A stretch of DNA of 64,000 nucleotides from Patescibacteria group bacterium (GTDB lineage: Bacteria > Patescibacteriota > Patescibacteriia > Patescibacteriales > UBA12465), in the NCBI GenBank assembly GCA_049317985.1, contig JBMOHF010000002.1:29752-93751 (forward strand), read 5' to 3'. Below are positions 1 to 9,757 of the stretch, one piece after another. A program made the position numbers and the translations under genes. A model generated the notes under the pieces. The model saw only the letters and a program-made list of their open reading frames with translations. It was not told the origin of the DNA and made no database searches. Positions within the stretch are counted from its first letter, which is position 1; every line of letters starts with the position of its first letter.

Positions 1-126
1 ATTTGTCCAACTAAGATAGGCCATTGCCGGATGAAAATCGATTGAGTCCTGACGGAATACTTCCGCTAAAGAGCCTCGATCATCGGTAAATTTTTCAATT
101 GATTTTATTTTAACACCGTCTATCAT
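1..126 (-). CDS. dTDP-4-dehydrorhamnose 3,5-epimerase family protein, 5' part only (runs off window)
   Basis: Manual translation from ATG at 126 gives MIDGVKIKSIEKFTDDRGSLAEVFRQD..., with the RmlC-type 'DxRG' N-terminal motif. Not in the ORF track. Confidence 0.75.
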   Translation of the reverse strand, partial: MIDGVKIKSIEKFTDDRGSLAEVFRQDSIDFHPAMAYLSWTN

Positions 127-138
127 AAAATTATTTTT

Positions 139-1125
139 TTATTTTTTAAAATATGGCCTCAAATCAATAATACCATTTTGAGCACCTAAGTTTGAAATTT
201 TCGCGGCAGCATTTTTTGCGGCAATTTTTAAAGAAATTTTTAGATTTCCCCCTGAAAGAAGCAGACCAATTAGAACGGAGGAATTAAAAACATCACCAAT
301 ACCCGTTGTGTCCATCTTGTTTTGTACTTTTACTATTTCTTGGTGATAAAAATCCGAACCATCAAAAGCATCGGCACCATTTACACCGGACGTGATTACC
401 ACCATGCGAGGACCAAAACTTTTCAAAGCAGCTAACAAATTTTCGACCCTCAGAAAAAAACGACGATTCTGATGGCGATAGGCCGGAAAAGAAGAGACTA
501 ATTTAATCGCCTCTTCACGATTCATTAGAAGCAGCTCGGTACGTTTCAAATATGGTGCCAATGCAGCGCCACCAAGACTATACTGTAAAGCTCCTGGATT
601 CCAGGCAAGGTGTAAGTCTTTATCTTTTATTAATACTTTTAAAGTTTTTTCCCAATGACGACCAAGTGATGCTAAATAAATCCAGTCTGCTCCTTTTAAT
701 TTCCCACTTGCAGAATCTTTTAGAAAAAAGTCATCGTTCGCGCATCGATTCGCAAAAATAATCCTGGCGCCCTCTTCTTCGATCAAGACAAAAGAAAAAC
801 CGGTTTCAATTCCCTTCTCAATCATCACTAAATCGGTTTTAATTTTATGTTTTTTAAAATTTGCCAAAATTTCTCGCCCCTCATAATCATCGCCGATCGC
901 TACCGCACAAGAGACGTTAAATCCTGATTTGGAAAAATTAACAGCTGCATTAGCTGCGCCACCACCAAATAAATGATGGAATTTTTCCACCTTGATTTTG
1001 GCACCACGCTCAAAAGCCAAGAGTTCCTGACGCAACAAATCACGATGATTATTAATTATCACGCCACTATCAACAGTGAAGCTAATATCCTTGGTCGCCC
1101 CACCGACCGTTATAATATTTATCAT
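139..1125 (-). CDS. PfkB/ribokinase family carbohydrate kinase
   Basis: GGGAANAA N-terminal signature and DTTGIGD anion-hole signature. Confidence 0.9.
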   Translation of the reverse strand: MINIITVGGATKDISFTVDSGVIINNHRDLLRQELLAFERGAKIKVEKFHHLFGGGAANAAVNFSKSGFNVSCAVAIGDDYEGREILANFKKHKIKTDLVMIEKGIETGFSFVLIEEEGARIIFANRCANDDFFLKDSASGKLKGADWIYLASLGRHWEKTLKVLIKDKDLHLAWNPGALQYSLGGAALAPYLKRTELLLMNREEAIKLVSSFPAYRHQNRRFFLRVENLLAALKSFGPRMVVITSGVNGADAFDGSDFYHQEIVKVQNKMDTTGIGDVFNSSVLIGLLLSGGNLKISLKIAAKNAAAKISNLGAQNGIIDLRPYFKK

Positions 1126-1146
1126 AAATTTAATATAGCATAAAAA

Positions 1147-1689
1147 CTATCTTTTTTTCAAAAAAACTGGCTTCAAACGGTTATCAACCAGTGACAGGAT
1201 AATAAAAGAGAAACCACAAACAAGAACAGACCAAAAAACTAGATACAACGTCTGTATGATAAAACCTAAAGAAAATAGAAAAAAAATACTGTTTCCGTCT
1301 GATCCAAATGAAAATAATAAATTTAAAAAGCTCCAGATAATTTGATAGACCAAAGAACTAATCATGGTTAAGGCTAAAAATGAAAACAGGGATCGATCGG
1401 TTAACCAGTTATTGAGAATTAATTGTGCCACCAGAACGACTGACAAAAAAGTCAGTAAATAAATACCAAAGGCAGAAAAATGCCAAGAATCCAGGAAAAA
1501 ACCAAAAGAAAGAGAAGCCACAAGAGCTCCTCGTGAACCAAAAAAAATTAAAGATAATAAAATTGATATTAAAGGTAAATTGATCCCCCGAAAAAATGGA
1601 GAAAAATTAGAAACAAAGGAAAACTGCAAAAACACAACCAAGAGTGCGGCAATAACAGCTAAAATTATTCTGAATATTCTAAGAAACAT
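1147..1689 (-). CDS. mreD: Rod shape-determining protein MreD (divergent)
   Basis: Hydrophobic 180 aa protein with G-FFLD...FG motif, directly downstream of mreB-mreC. Confidence 0.75.
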   Translation of the reverse strand: MFLRIFRIILAVIAALLVVFLQFSFVSNFSPFFRGINLPLISILLSLIFFGSRGALVASLSFGFFLDSWHFSAFGIYLLTFLSVVLVAQLILNNWLTDRSLFSFLALTMISSLVYQIIWSFLNLLFSFGSDGNSIFFLFSLGFIIQTLYLVFWSVLVCGFSFIILSLVDNRLKPVFLKKR

Positions 1690-1690
1690 A

Positions 1691-2497
1691 CTAAGGTAAA
1701 ACTACCGACACAATTGTTAGGTTATTTAAATCAACAAGTGGCTCGATGGTCGCACTTTGCCAAATCTCATTGCTTTTATTAATTACCTCGGAGACCCTAC
1801 CAATAACCAATCCACGAGGAATTATTTCTCCCAAGCCAGAGGTAATTACCAGGTCATTGAGGTTAATCTTTTCTGTCTGCGGAATGAAATTCATCTTAGT
1901 GGTAAGGCCGAGACTTCCCTCGCTAACCCCAATGGTTTTTTCTTTATTTTGGATGGTCGCCGCTAATTTACAGGAACTGGAAGTGACAAGACAAATTTTT
2001 GCACTACGATCTTTTGATTCCACCACTTTTCCAACGATTACACCGCTTTCATCGATTACCCCCAGACCGACCAATACTCCATCCTTAAAACCTTTATCAA
2101 TAATAATATTTTGACGAGTTTCGTTTTTCTCAGATAGCAGCTCCTGAGCCAAAACGTCAGCATAAATTTTGCGATACTCGTGATTACTAAAAAAATTAAT
2201 AAAAGCTCTTAGTTTATTATTTTCATCCTGAAGTTCACTCACTTTTGCCGAGTCAACCGCCAAATTAGAAATTTTATTCTGACAAGTCGCAAGATCTACC
2301 TCTAAATCACGATTATTTTTGTTAATATCTGAAGACTGGCGATAGAGCCAGTTATTAAAAGGACGCGCTACCGAAAAAATTCTACTCTCTAAAGGATTAA
2401 GTAGACCAGAATAATGACCGATAATTAAAAATAACAAAACCAACAGCGAAACTACGGTCTGGCGATTGATTAAAAAATTTAAACCCTTTCTCTTCAT
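1691..2497 (-). CDS. mreC: Rod shape-determining protein MreC
   Basis: N-terminal TM and coiled coil (ENNKLR), plus IIDKG..DGV and VITSGLGEIIPRGLVIG motifs. Confidence 0.95.
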   Translation of the reverse strand: MKRKGLNFLINRQTVVSLLVLLFLIIGHYSGLLNPLESRIFSVARPFNNWLYRQSSDINKNNRDLEVDLATCQNKISNLAVDSAKVSELQDENNKLRAFINFFSNHEYRKIYADVLAQELLSEKNETRQNIIIDKGFKDGVLVGLGVIDESGVIVGKVVESKDRSAKICLVTSSSCKLAATIQNKEKTIGVSEGSLGLTTKMNFIPQTEKINLNDLVITSGLGEIIPRGLVIGRVSEVINKSNEIWQSATIEPLVDLNNLTIVSVVLP

Positions 2498-2499
2498 AA

Positions 2500-3540
2500 T
2501 TATCCGCTAACGGAAGGCAAGACTACTTTTTCTAATAATTCTTTGTTAGCCAAAAGATATCCCGTACCACGCGCAACACAAGTTAGTGGGTCATCAACTA
2601 TTTTGACGGGAATTTTGGCGGCAATTGAGATTGCTTTATCCAAACCTCGCAGCAAAGCCCCTCCACCAGAGAGAAAAATACCTTTCTCATAGATATCAGC
2701 AACAAGCTCCGGTGGAGTAGTTTCTAAAATAATTTTTATCTGTTCAATAATTTTAATGATTGTCCGAGAGATTGCTTCTCTGATTTGCTTGTCAGTGACA
2801 ACAACTGCTTTTGGTAAACCATTTACCAAATCTCTCCCTCTCACTTCTAACTCTTTTGGCTCATCTAAGGGCATCGCTGAACCAATGGTTAATTTTATTT
2901 TTTCGGCAACCTGTTCACCAATTAAAATATTAAATTCCTCTCTAATATACTCAATGATATTGCTATCAAATTCATTTCCCGCCAAACGAAGAGATTTCCA
3001 AGTGACAACTCCCCCCAACGAAATAACTGCTATTTCAGTGGTACCCCCACCAATATCAACAATCATCGTGGCGGTCGCTTCAGTAACCGGTAAACGCGCA
3101 CCAATTGCCGCTGCCATTGCTTCTTCGATTAAATATACTTTACGAGCGCCAGCTGAGCGAGCGGCATCTTCGACTGCTTTCTTTTCAACCTCAGTAAGAT
3201 CGGAAGGAATGCCTATTACCACGCGTGGTCTTTGAAAAATTGCAAAATTTTCTTGGTGCACTTTGCCAATAAAATATTTAATCATTTTTTCCGTGACTTC
3301 AAAATCAGAAATCACTCCATCAACTAGAGGGCGAATTGCCTCAATATGACCAGGAGTTTTACCAATCATTTTTCGGGCATTTTCACCAACCTCTAAAATT
3401 TCATTGGTCCGTTTGTTAATCGCTACCACTGATGGTTCATTAATTACCACACCCTTTTCACCAACAAAAACCAGCGTATTTTTTGTACCCAAATCAATTC
3501 CTAAATCATGACTAAAACGATTAAATAAATTTTTGAACAT
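2500..3540 (-). CDS. mreB: Rod shape-determining protein MreB
   Basis: GIDLGTKNT, NEPSVVA, DIGGGTTE and GGGALL actin-fold motifs. ATG at 3540 preferred; overlaps the proS stop. Confidence 0.97.
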   Translation of the reverse strand: MFKNLFNRFSHDLGIDLGTKNTLVFVGEKGVVINEPSVVAINKRTNEILEVGENARKMIGKTPGHIEAIRPLVDGVISDFEVTEKMIKYFIGKVHQENFAIFQRPRVVIGIPSDLTEVEKKAVEDAARSAGARKVYLIEEAMAAAIGARLPVTEATATMIVDIGGGTTEIAVISLGGVVTWKSLRLAGNEFDSNIIEYIREEFNILIGEQVAEKIKLTIGSAMPLDEPKELEVRGRDLVNGLPKAVVVTDKQIREAISRTIIKIIEQIKIILETTPPELVADIYEKGIFLSGGGALLRGLDKAISIAAKIPVKIVDDPLTCVARGTGYLLANKELLEKVVLPSVSG

Positions 3541-4747
3541 AGGCTTCAATTTTTATTTTTTCAGATTTATCAGTATTGCGAAGTTTTAATTCCAAAGACT
3601 CTTCCGCTAAAGTTTTGGCACTAACAACAATTCTTTCTGGGATACCGATCAAATCAGCATCGGCAAATTTCTCACCCGCGGAAACGTCTCGGTCATCAAA
3701 TAAAACTTCCACTCCCAAATCTACCAGGCGATTGTAAAGTTTTTCGGCCTCTTCGTCAGCTTTCAGTGACAAGAGGTGAACTTGAAACGGCGCTAAATCT
3801 TTTGGCCAAGCCAAACCTTTTTCGTCGTGATAAATTTCCACGATTGTTCCCATCAAACGACTTGGGCCAATTCCGTAACAACCCATCACAACCTCCTCGC
3901 TTGTACCTTCTGGTGTGGTGAATTTTAGATTACAAGGATTTGAAAAACGAGTGCCAAGCTTGAAAATATTTCCTACTTCGATTGCCTTGTCTTCACGTAG
4001 CTCAGTGTTACCGCAAACTGGGCAAGCACTTTGTTCTTCGATAATTTCTCGATTGATTGCTACTTTGCAATGATCACAAATATAGATATGATCTTCGCCC
4101 GCTTCGGTGACCGTTTGGAATTCATGAGAATATTTAGAGAAGGCACCGCCGGAAGCATAAGTTAAATAGGTAATTTCTCCTAAACCTAATCTTTCGTAGA
4201 TTCTGTAATATGCCGCTTTCGCTACTTCATAAAAGCGATCCAAATCTTCTTGGCTGGTATGAAAAGAATACTGATCTTTCATTAAAAACTCTCTGCCGCG
4301 AATCAGCCCCGCCTTCGCTCGCTTTTCATTGCGAAACTTGGTTTGAATCTGATAAATAGACATTGGTAACTCGCGATAGGAAAAGATATATTTCTTGGCG
4401 AGCGGCGTAACAACTTCTTCATGAGTTGCTCCAAGAGCATATTCGCGACTATCACTACCGGTTAACTTGAATAAGGCGTCAAAATTCTCCCAACGACCAG
4501 TGGTTTCCCAAAATTCTTTTGGCACTAAAGAAGGCATCAAAATTTCTTGTCCACCAGTAGAATTTATTTCTTCGCGGATGATTTTCAAAATTTTATCCAT
4601 TACCCTTAAGCCAAGAGGTAAAAAGGTGTAGATGCCAGCCCCGACCTTGTCAACAAAGCCTGCCCGCATTAAAGTTTTGGCGTTCAAGCTTACTTCGTCC
4701 TTCGGAGCATCTTTTGATGTTTTTGTAAATAAAAATGATTGTTTCAT
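3521..4747 (-). CDS. proS: Proline--tRNA ligase (short form without INS editing domain)
   Basis: THEE, QIQTKFRNE, GLIRGREFLMKD and MGCYGIG motifs, plus anticodon-binding domain. Confidence 0.96.
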   Translation of the reverse strand: MKQSFLFTKTSKDAPKDEVSLNAKTLMRAGFVDKVGAGIYTFLPLGLRVMDKILKIIREEINSTGGQEILMPSLVPKEFWETTGRWENFDALFKLTGSDSREYALGATHEEVVTPLAKKYIFSYRELPMSIYQIQTKFRNEKRAKAGLIRGREFLMKDQYSFHTSQEDLDRFYEVAKAAYYRIYERLGLGEITYLTYASGGAFSKYSHEFQTVTEAGEDHIYICDHCKVAINREIIEEQSACPVCGNTELREDKAIEVGNIFKLGTRFSNPCNLKFTTPEGTSEEVVMGCYGIGPSRLMGTIVEIYHDEKGLAWPKDLAPFQVHLLSLKADEEAEKLYNRLVDLGVEVLFDDRDVSAGEKFADADLIGIPERIVVSAKTLAEESLELKLRNTDKSEKIKIEAYVQKFI

Positions 4748-4789
4748 AACACTTATATCCTAGTAAAAATGGGTGCAAAAGTCAAAATT

Positions 4790-5374
4790 TTAATTATTGA
4801 TTTTTTTTAAGGCAAACTTCACGCGCTCAGAGCTTTTTGTATATTCTGCTGGCACTCGATTAAGGGCTTCCCTGGCTTCCGGTAATGAATATCCCAGGGC
4901 CATTAAGGCATCTATTTCGTCGTTAGTTGAGACACTTAAGGTTGATTCAGATAGCGAAGTGCCGCTTGAGATTTTTAGAACCTTACTTTTCAGCTCGAGT
5001 ACTAATCTCTCTGCCGTTTTTTTACCAATACCCGAAACCTTGGTGAGTAACCCAGCGTCACCGCGAATAATCGCTTCCTTGACATCTTCCGCCTCCGCTA
5101 AGGCTAAAACTGCTAAGGCCGACTTTGGTCCAACACCAGAAACCGATAATAATAATTGAAATAATTCCAAGTCTGTAAAATTCTTAAAACCATAGAGATC
5201 GTCTTGCTCTTCTCTGACTTGATGATGGAGATATAGCTCGATTTCCTCACCAACCCTTAGTGGTACTAAGAAGTTTTCCGGTAAAAAAATCTGATAACCG
5301 ATCGTATCGTTAACTACGACAATCGCTGCCGAATTATTTTTATGAATTACTTTTCCTTTAATGTAGGCTAACAT
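4790..5374 (-). CDS. ruvA: Holliday junction branch migration protein RuvA
   Basis: LYGF, VSGVGPKSA and GIGKKTAERLVLEL HhH motifs; ALMALGY C-terminal domain. Confidence 0.97.
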   Translation of the reverse strand: MLAYIKGKVIHKNNSAAIVVVNDTIGYQIFLPENFLVPLRVGEEIELYLHHQVREEQDDLYGFKNFTDLELFQLLLSVSGVGPKSALAVLALAEAEDVKEAIIRGDAGLLTKVSGIGKKTAERLVLELKSKVLKISSGTSLSESTLSVSTNDEIDALMALGYSLPEAREALNRVPAEYTKSSERVKFALKKINN

Positions 5375-5379
5375 AATTT

Positions 5380-6597
5380 TTAATTATTTTTCTGACGACA
5401 CAAAACCGCTCCGACCGGAATGTCTGGGCAATTTTTTGGTAAATCAAGCATCGCAATCTGACTGCCGCCACCACCGTGTGCTTCTGTGATTTCAGCACCG
5501 CCTTTAGCAGTAAATAAATGCTTCGGCTTTAATTTGATTATATCATAACCGGGTAAAATTAGCTCCAGATTATCACCCACCTTGACGGTGTTATGAACTT
5601 TAAAAGAGATCCTATTAGCGTCTTGAGAAAGTACTTGCCCGCAGAACTCCCAGTTGCTTAAATAGTGAGATGATTCGGTATTTTGAGCAGCCTTTTCTTT
5701 CAACAAAAACCCCGTGGTATAGCCACGATTTACTAATTTATCTTTTAATTCTTTGGCGAGAAAATTTAGTTCTTTCTGATCTTTCGTCTTTAGGGCTCGG
5801 CGATAAACGCCACAAACCAAGGCTTGATAATATACACTCTTGGCACGTCCTTCGATTTTGAAAGAGGTAACACCGGCGTCTTTCAGATCTTTTAAATGTT
5901 TAATTAGACAAAGGTCTTTTGAATTTAATAAATATGAGCCGTGCTCTTCGCTCACGAGTTCAAATTCTTCCTCATGATTTTTTGCTTTAATCGAATATTC
6001 AAAGCGGCAAGGCTGAGCGCAGTCACCAAGGTTGCCGCTACGATTCAACATTTCTTTAGACAAGAAGCAACGTCCAGAATAAGCCATGCACATTGCACCG
6101 TGAACAAAATATTCTAATTCCATTCTTGGAACGGCTTTGTGAATTTCCTTAATTTCCGCTAAGGTCACTTCTCTTCCCAAAACAATGCGAGAAACGCCAT
6201 TTTTCAACCAAAACTTGGCAGCCGAAGAGTTTGTGCAATTAGCCTGAGTAGAGAGATGAATCTCGGCTTCCGGCCAAACCTCTTTGATGATTTGAATGAT
6301 ACCTGGGTCGGAAACAATTAAGGCGTCTGGTTGAGCTTTTTTTAATAACTTAAGATAAGCCGGCAATTTCTTGAGGTGTTCTTGATGCGCGAAGATATTT
6401 ACAGTTACATAAACCTTTTTACCAAGATAATGAGCATACTTAATACCTTCAATAATTTGCGGAAAGTCAAAGTCGTTAATCCGAACACGCAAAGAAAAAT
6501 CGGGGATGCCAAGATAGACGGCATCGGCACCGTATAAAAAAGCGGTTTTGAGTTTTTCTAAGTTACCGGCTGGGGCAAGAAGTTCTAAATTTTTCAT
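5380..6597 (-). CDS. U32 family peptidase-like Fe-S protein (TrhP/YegQ-like tRNA hydroxylase)
   Basis: ELLAPAG, HLSTQAN, HGAMCMAYSGRC..CAQPCR and KIEGR motifs. Confidence 0.9.
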   Translation of the reverse strand: MKNLELLAPAGNLEKLKTAFLYGADAVYLGIPDFSLRVRINDFDFPQIIEGIKYAHYLGKKVYVTVNIFAHQEHLKKLPAYLKLLKKAQPDALIVSDPGIIQIIKEVWPEAEIHLSTQANCTNSSAAKFWLKNGVSRIVLGREVTLAEIKEIHKAVPRMELEYFVHGAMCMAYSGRCFLSKEMLNRSGNLGDCAQPCRFEYSIKAKNHEEEFELVSEEHGSYLLNSKDLCLIKHLKDLKDAGVTSFKIEGRAKSVYYQALVCGVYRRALKTKDQKELNFLAKELKDKLVNRGYTTGFLLKEKAAQNTESSHYLSNWEFCGQVLSQDANRISFKVHNTVKVGDNLELILPGYDIIKLKPKHLFTAKGGAEITEAHGGGGSQIAMLDLPKNCPDIPVGAVLCRQKNN

Positions 6598-6740
6598 ATA
6601 TAAATATTGAAGTTTAAAAATGGGTGGTTTTAAGTCTATGGCGTTATAGACTTAAAACTGATGATTCTATCGTAGCTGCAAAATTTGGATTAATTATCAG
6701 TATTATAGGGGAAAATTGGGAAAATTGAAAGGATGATAAT

Positions 6741-6776
6741 AAAAAAGCCCTTATCACGTTTGAAGTGATAAGGGCT
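6741..6776 (-). terminator. Rho-independent terminator of orphan gene 6784-7311
   Basis: 12-bp stem AGCCCTTATCAC/GTGATAAGGGCT followed by a U-tract on the minus strand. Confidence 0.8.
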
Positions 6777-6783
6777 GCTAATC

Positions 6784-7311
6784 TTAATAACGATTAGTAG
6801 CGGGACTTCCCGGATCGTCGTAATCATTCTTTGGTCTTGTTGTATTTTTATTATTTTGAATTGTTCCTATGTGATAACAATCGTCTTCTACCCTTGGTCT
6901 TCGACTTTTCTCATTATTTTTACCTAATTTCGACAAACTTACAATTAAAAATGCAATTAAAAATGCAATCCCGAGAAGTATTAAAATAAATGCCAAAAAA
7001 GTTATGTGCTTAGTTGGTTCTTTAACAATTATTTCCACAATTTTAAAATCTTTTTTTGTGCGGATAGCCATCTTGTACGTGAAACCATAAGATTGCGTTA
7101 ACCAAAAATCTGCTTTATTATAAGTGCAATAATTAACCGTGTCATAACAAGATATCCCAATTAAATTAACTTCTTTCAGTTTATCTAGTGGAATACTTTT
7201 TCCGTTGTTGACAGAAGACACATCTTCTTTTTTTGTTACATTGTTTAGCTCCTGACTGAAGCCTTCCGAAATGATCGCAAATATTCCTAAAAGTAATACT
7301 AACTTTTTCAT
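6784..7311 (-). CDS. Hypothetical protein with signal peptide and one C-proximal TM helix
   Basis: MKKLVLLLGIFAIISEGFS|Q signal peptide and a TM at HITFLAFILILLG. Own TTGACA promoter (~7406-7411) and terminator. Confidence 0.65.
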   Translation of the reverse strand: MKKLVLLLGIFAIISEGFSQELNNVTKKEDVSSVNNGKSIPLDKLKEVNLIGISCYDTVNYCTYNKADFWLTQSYGFTYKMAIRTKKDFKIVEIIVKEPTKHITFLAFILILLGIAFLIAFLIVSLSKLGKNNEKSRRPRVEDDCYHIGTIQNNKNTTRPKNDYDDPGSPATNRY

Positions 7312-7519
7312 GTTTACATATTTTTAAAGAATAGTGCTTCTTGGTTTTATTGGCTCACTAGCCACCAATTACACGTATGATATTTTTACACTAAATTGAT
7401 GTTATTGTCAATACTTATGATCTTTTTATTCAAAAAAGAGCCAAAAAAGGCTTTATTTCTCTTATAGCAAGTGCTAAAAATGTAAGAATTCTTTGGAAAT
7501 TTCTTTGGGATTAATGACT

Positions 7520-8506
7520 TTAACCCTCAATTATTTCCCTTTCTAGCAAAAATATATCTTGCAGCTCTTTAACCTTATTCTTTACCTCACGACTTTCGGG
7601 GTTAAATGACTCCCAAACCACCGGATCTCCACGTAAGCCATAAATCATGATTCCCTTTTTTTGTTTAGCAATGTTTTGTAGACCATGTAACTCCGACCTT
7701 GATTCGTCCGGCGCAATATTCAACTGAACTTTTAACGATTCTTGTTTTAGTTGAGTTTGTTCTTGTTTTTTTCTGGCAACAAAGCTTTTAATATAATCAG
7801 CGACATCTTCTCTTGGGTAGCCATATACGTAGCCACCGCGAAAAGCTTTTTCAAAATCACCCTCTTTGGCACTTCCTATTAATTGTTTGTATAACAAGTG
7901 CCAATCATTTCTTGCGAGGCCAATTTCTTCTTGAGAAAATACTCCCGATTCCTCAAGTGCCTTCACGACATTTTTATTATTATACACATCTACGTGGGAT
8001 AGATTAGCCAGGCCGGACCTTTTGTCTTGCCAGATTACTGAATCACAACCAAATTCTTTGATAATATTTTGAAATTTTGAGAAATCTTTTTTACTTACCC
8101 CGCCGCTCATGACCGTAAACAAAAATTTCTCTTCTTTGATAAAACATGACTCTGACGCTGGTTTTGCGCCCGCTAAAACAGCGGAGATACTTGAGTCCAG
8201 AAGCATATTTTTAACATTTTCCCCGATATGGCTTCGACCCAGTATTTCTTTCAACTTTTTAAAAGTATCAATCACTTCTACTTTTCTTTCAGGTGTGAGG
8301 GAGTCTTCTTTTTTATTTTCATTTTCAGCAGCTTTAATTTCTTGTCTCAAATTTTCGATTTCAAGAGAATCAGCTTTTCTAATTTTATCTTTTTTGTCTA
8401 CAAAAGCGTTATCGGTTTCTATGTTTGACAAATCAAACGTCACAACTTCTGGTTCAGGAATGTTTTCTCTCCTATTTTTATTGATGAAACCTTGCTCTAT
8501 ATTCAT
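7520..8506 (-). CDS. Hypothetical protein
   Basis: Long ORF downstream of tyrS. ATG at 8506 preferred (avoids overlap). Charged low-complexity N-terminus and a GYVYGYP motif. Confidence 0.65.
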   Translation of the reverse strand: MNIEQGFINKNRRENIPEPEVVTFDLSNIETDNAFVDKKDKIRKADSLEIENLRQEIKAAENENKKEDSLTPERKVEVIDTFKKLKEILGRSHIGENVKNMLLDSSISAVLAGAKPASESCFIKEEKFLFTVMSGGVSKKDFSKFQNIIKEFGCDSVIWQDKRSGLANLSHVDVYNNKNVVKALEESGVFSQEEIGLARNDWHLLYKQLIGSAKEGDFEKAFRGGYVYGYPREDVADYIKSFVARKKQEQTQLKQESLKVQLNIAPDESRSELHGLQNIAKQKKGIMIYGLRGDPVVWESFNPESREVKNKVKELQDIFLLEREIIEG

Positions 8507-8540
8507 AAAAAATATCCCAAATATTAATTTTATGTCTATT

Positions 8541-9740
8541 CTACTTAACAATCCTAAACCAATCTTTTTTCCCCGCTTTTAGGACCAACCCTTCAGTTGG
8601 AATGCTAATTTTTTCTTGCCCGTCTGACTTCACATCCTCTTCAATTTTTACTGCGCCTTGATCAAGTAAACGGCGTAAATCTGAACCACTCTTTTTTGGT
8701 AAACACTTTTTTAAAACATTCATCAATACTTCTTCAGAGACTCCTACTGAAATTTCCGCCAAATCCATTGGCGCTTCCCTCTTTTGAAATTTCTGCACGA
8801 AGTTTTCTTGGGCATGATTTGCTGCCTCTTCTCCTTTAATTAATTTCACAATCTCCCAAGCGGTTTTCATTTTGGCGTCACGCGGATTTTCTGATTTTAA
8901 TAACTCTTCTATTTCTTTCAAGGGAATTCTAGTATTGTTCACAAGGAATACTTTTATCATCTCATCCGGCTGACTCATGATGGCGCCATACATTTCTTCT
9001 CCCGAAAAACTTAAGAAGATACCGGTCCCGCGACTCTTGGACATCAATTCACCCGTCACTGGATTCTCCATCAAATTTACAGCCATGACAAACTTGTCTT
9101 TATTTTTTAATTTCTTAAGCAAGGTACGACCGACAAGAGCGTTGAAGATTTGGTCCGTACCACACATCTCAACATCGACTTCCATTGCGACGCTGTCATA
9201 ACCTTGCATGATTGGGTATAAAAACTCGTGCAAGAAAATCGGCTTCTCGTCTTTGATTCTTTTTTGAAACATATCTCGCTCCAACATCTGCTGGACTGTA
9301 ACATTAGAGGCCAAATTAACAACTTCTTCCATTGTTAACTTGGAAAGCCAGTCGTGATTATACATCACCTTCGCTGGATTTTCTTTGTCAGTAAAATTCA
9401 TCAAAGGTTTGATTTGTGCTAACCAGTCTTCAGTATTTTTCATCACCTCTTCACGGCTCAATTGCTGACGAGTAGAAGTCTTGCCACTTGGATCGCCAAT
9501 ACGGGCGGTAAAATCACCAAAAAGAACAATCACTTCGTGACCTAGTTTTCTGAAATCCTCCAAGAGCATGTAGTTCTTGGCATGACTCAGATGCAAAGAA
9601 TTAAAAGTGGCATCAGCGCCAATATAAAAACGTAGCTTTTCGCTAATCAATCTTTTTCTTAATTCTTTCTTGTCTGGCAGAATTGAAACGATAATTCCCC
9701 GATCCAAGATTTCATCAACTAATTGTTCTTTACTGGACAT
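8541..9740 (-). CDS. tyrS: Tyrosine--tRNA ligase
   Basis: YIGADAT, GDFTARIGDPSGK, EFLYPIMQGYD, GTDQ and MSKS motifs; S4-like C-terminus. Confidence 0.96.
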   Translation of the reverse strand: MSSKEQLVDEILDRGIIVSILPDKKELRKRLISEKLRFYIGADATFNSLHLSHAKNYMLLEDFRKLGHEVIVLFGDFTARIGDPSGKTSTRQQLSREEVMKNTEDWLAQIKPLMNFTDKENPAKVMYNHDWLSKLTMEEVVNLASNVTVQQMLERDMFQKRIKDEKPIFLHEFLYPIMQGYDSVAMEVDVEMCGTDQIFNALVGRTLLKKLKNKDKFVMAVNLMENPVTGELMSKSRGTGIFLSFSGEEMYGAIMSQPDEMIKVFLVNNTRIPLKEIEELLKSENPRDAKMKTAWEIVKLIKGEEAANHAQENFVQKFQKREAPMDLAEISVGVSEEVLMNVLKKCLPKKSGSDLRRLLDQGAVKIEEDVKSDGQEKISIPTEGLVLKAGKKDWFRIVK

Positions 9741-9757
9741 ATTATTTTAATAAGTAA

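Noticed and set aside
7431-7460. Resemblance of CAAAAAAGAGCCAA..GCTTTAT to 48464-48490
   Set aside because: A short AT-rich match that may be chance; no clear structure or further copies seen.
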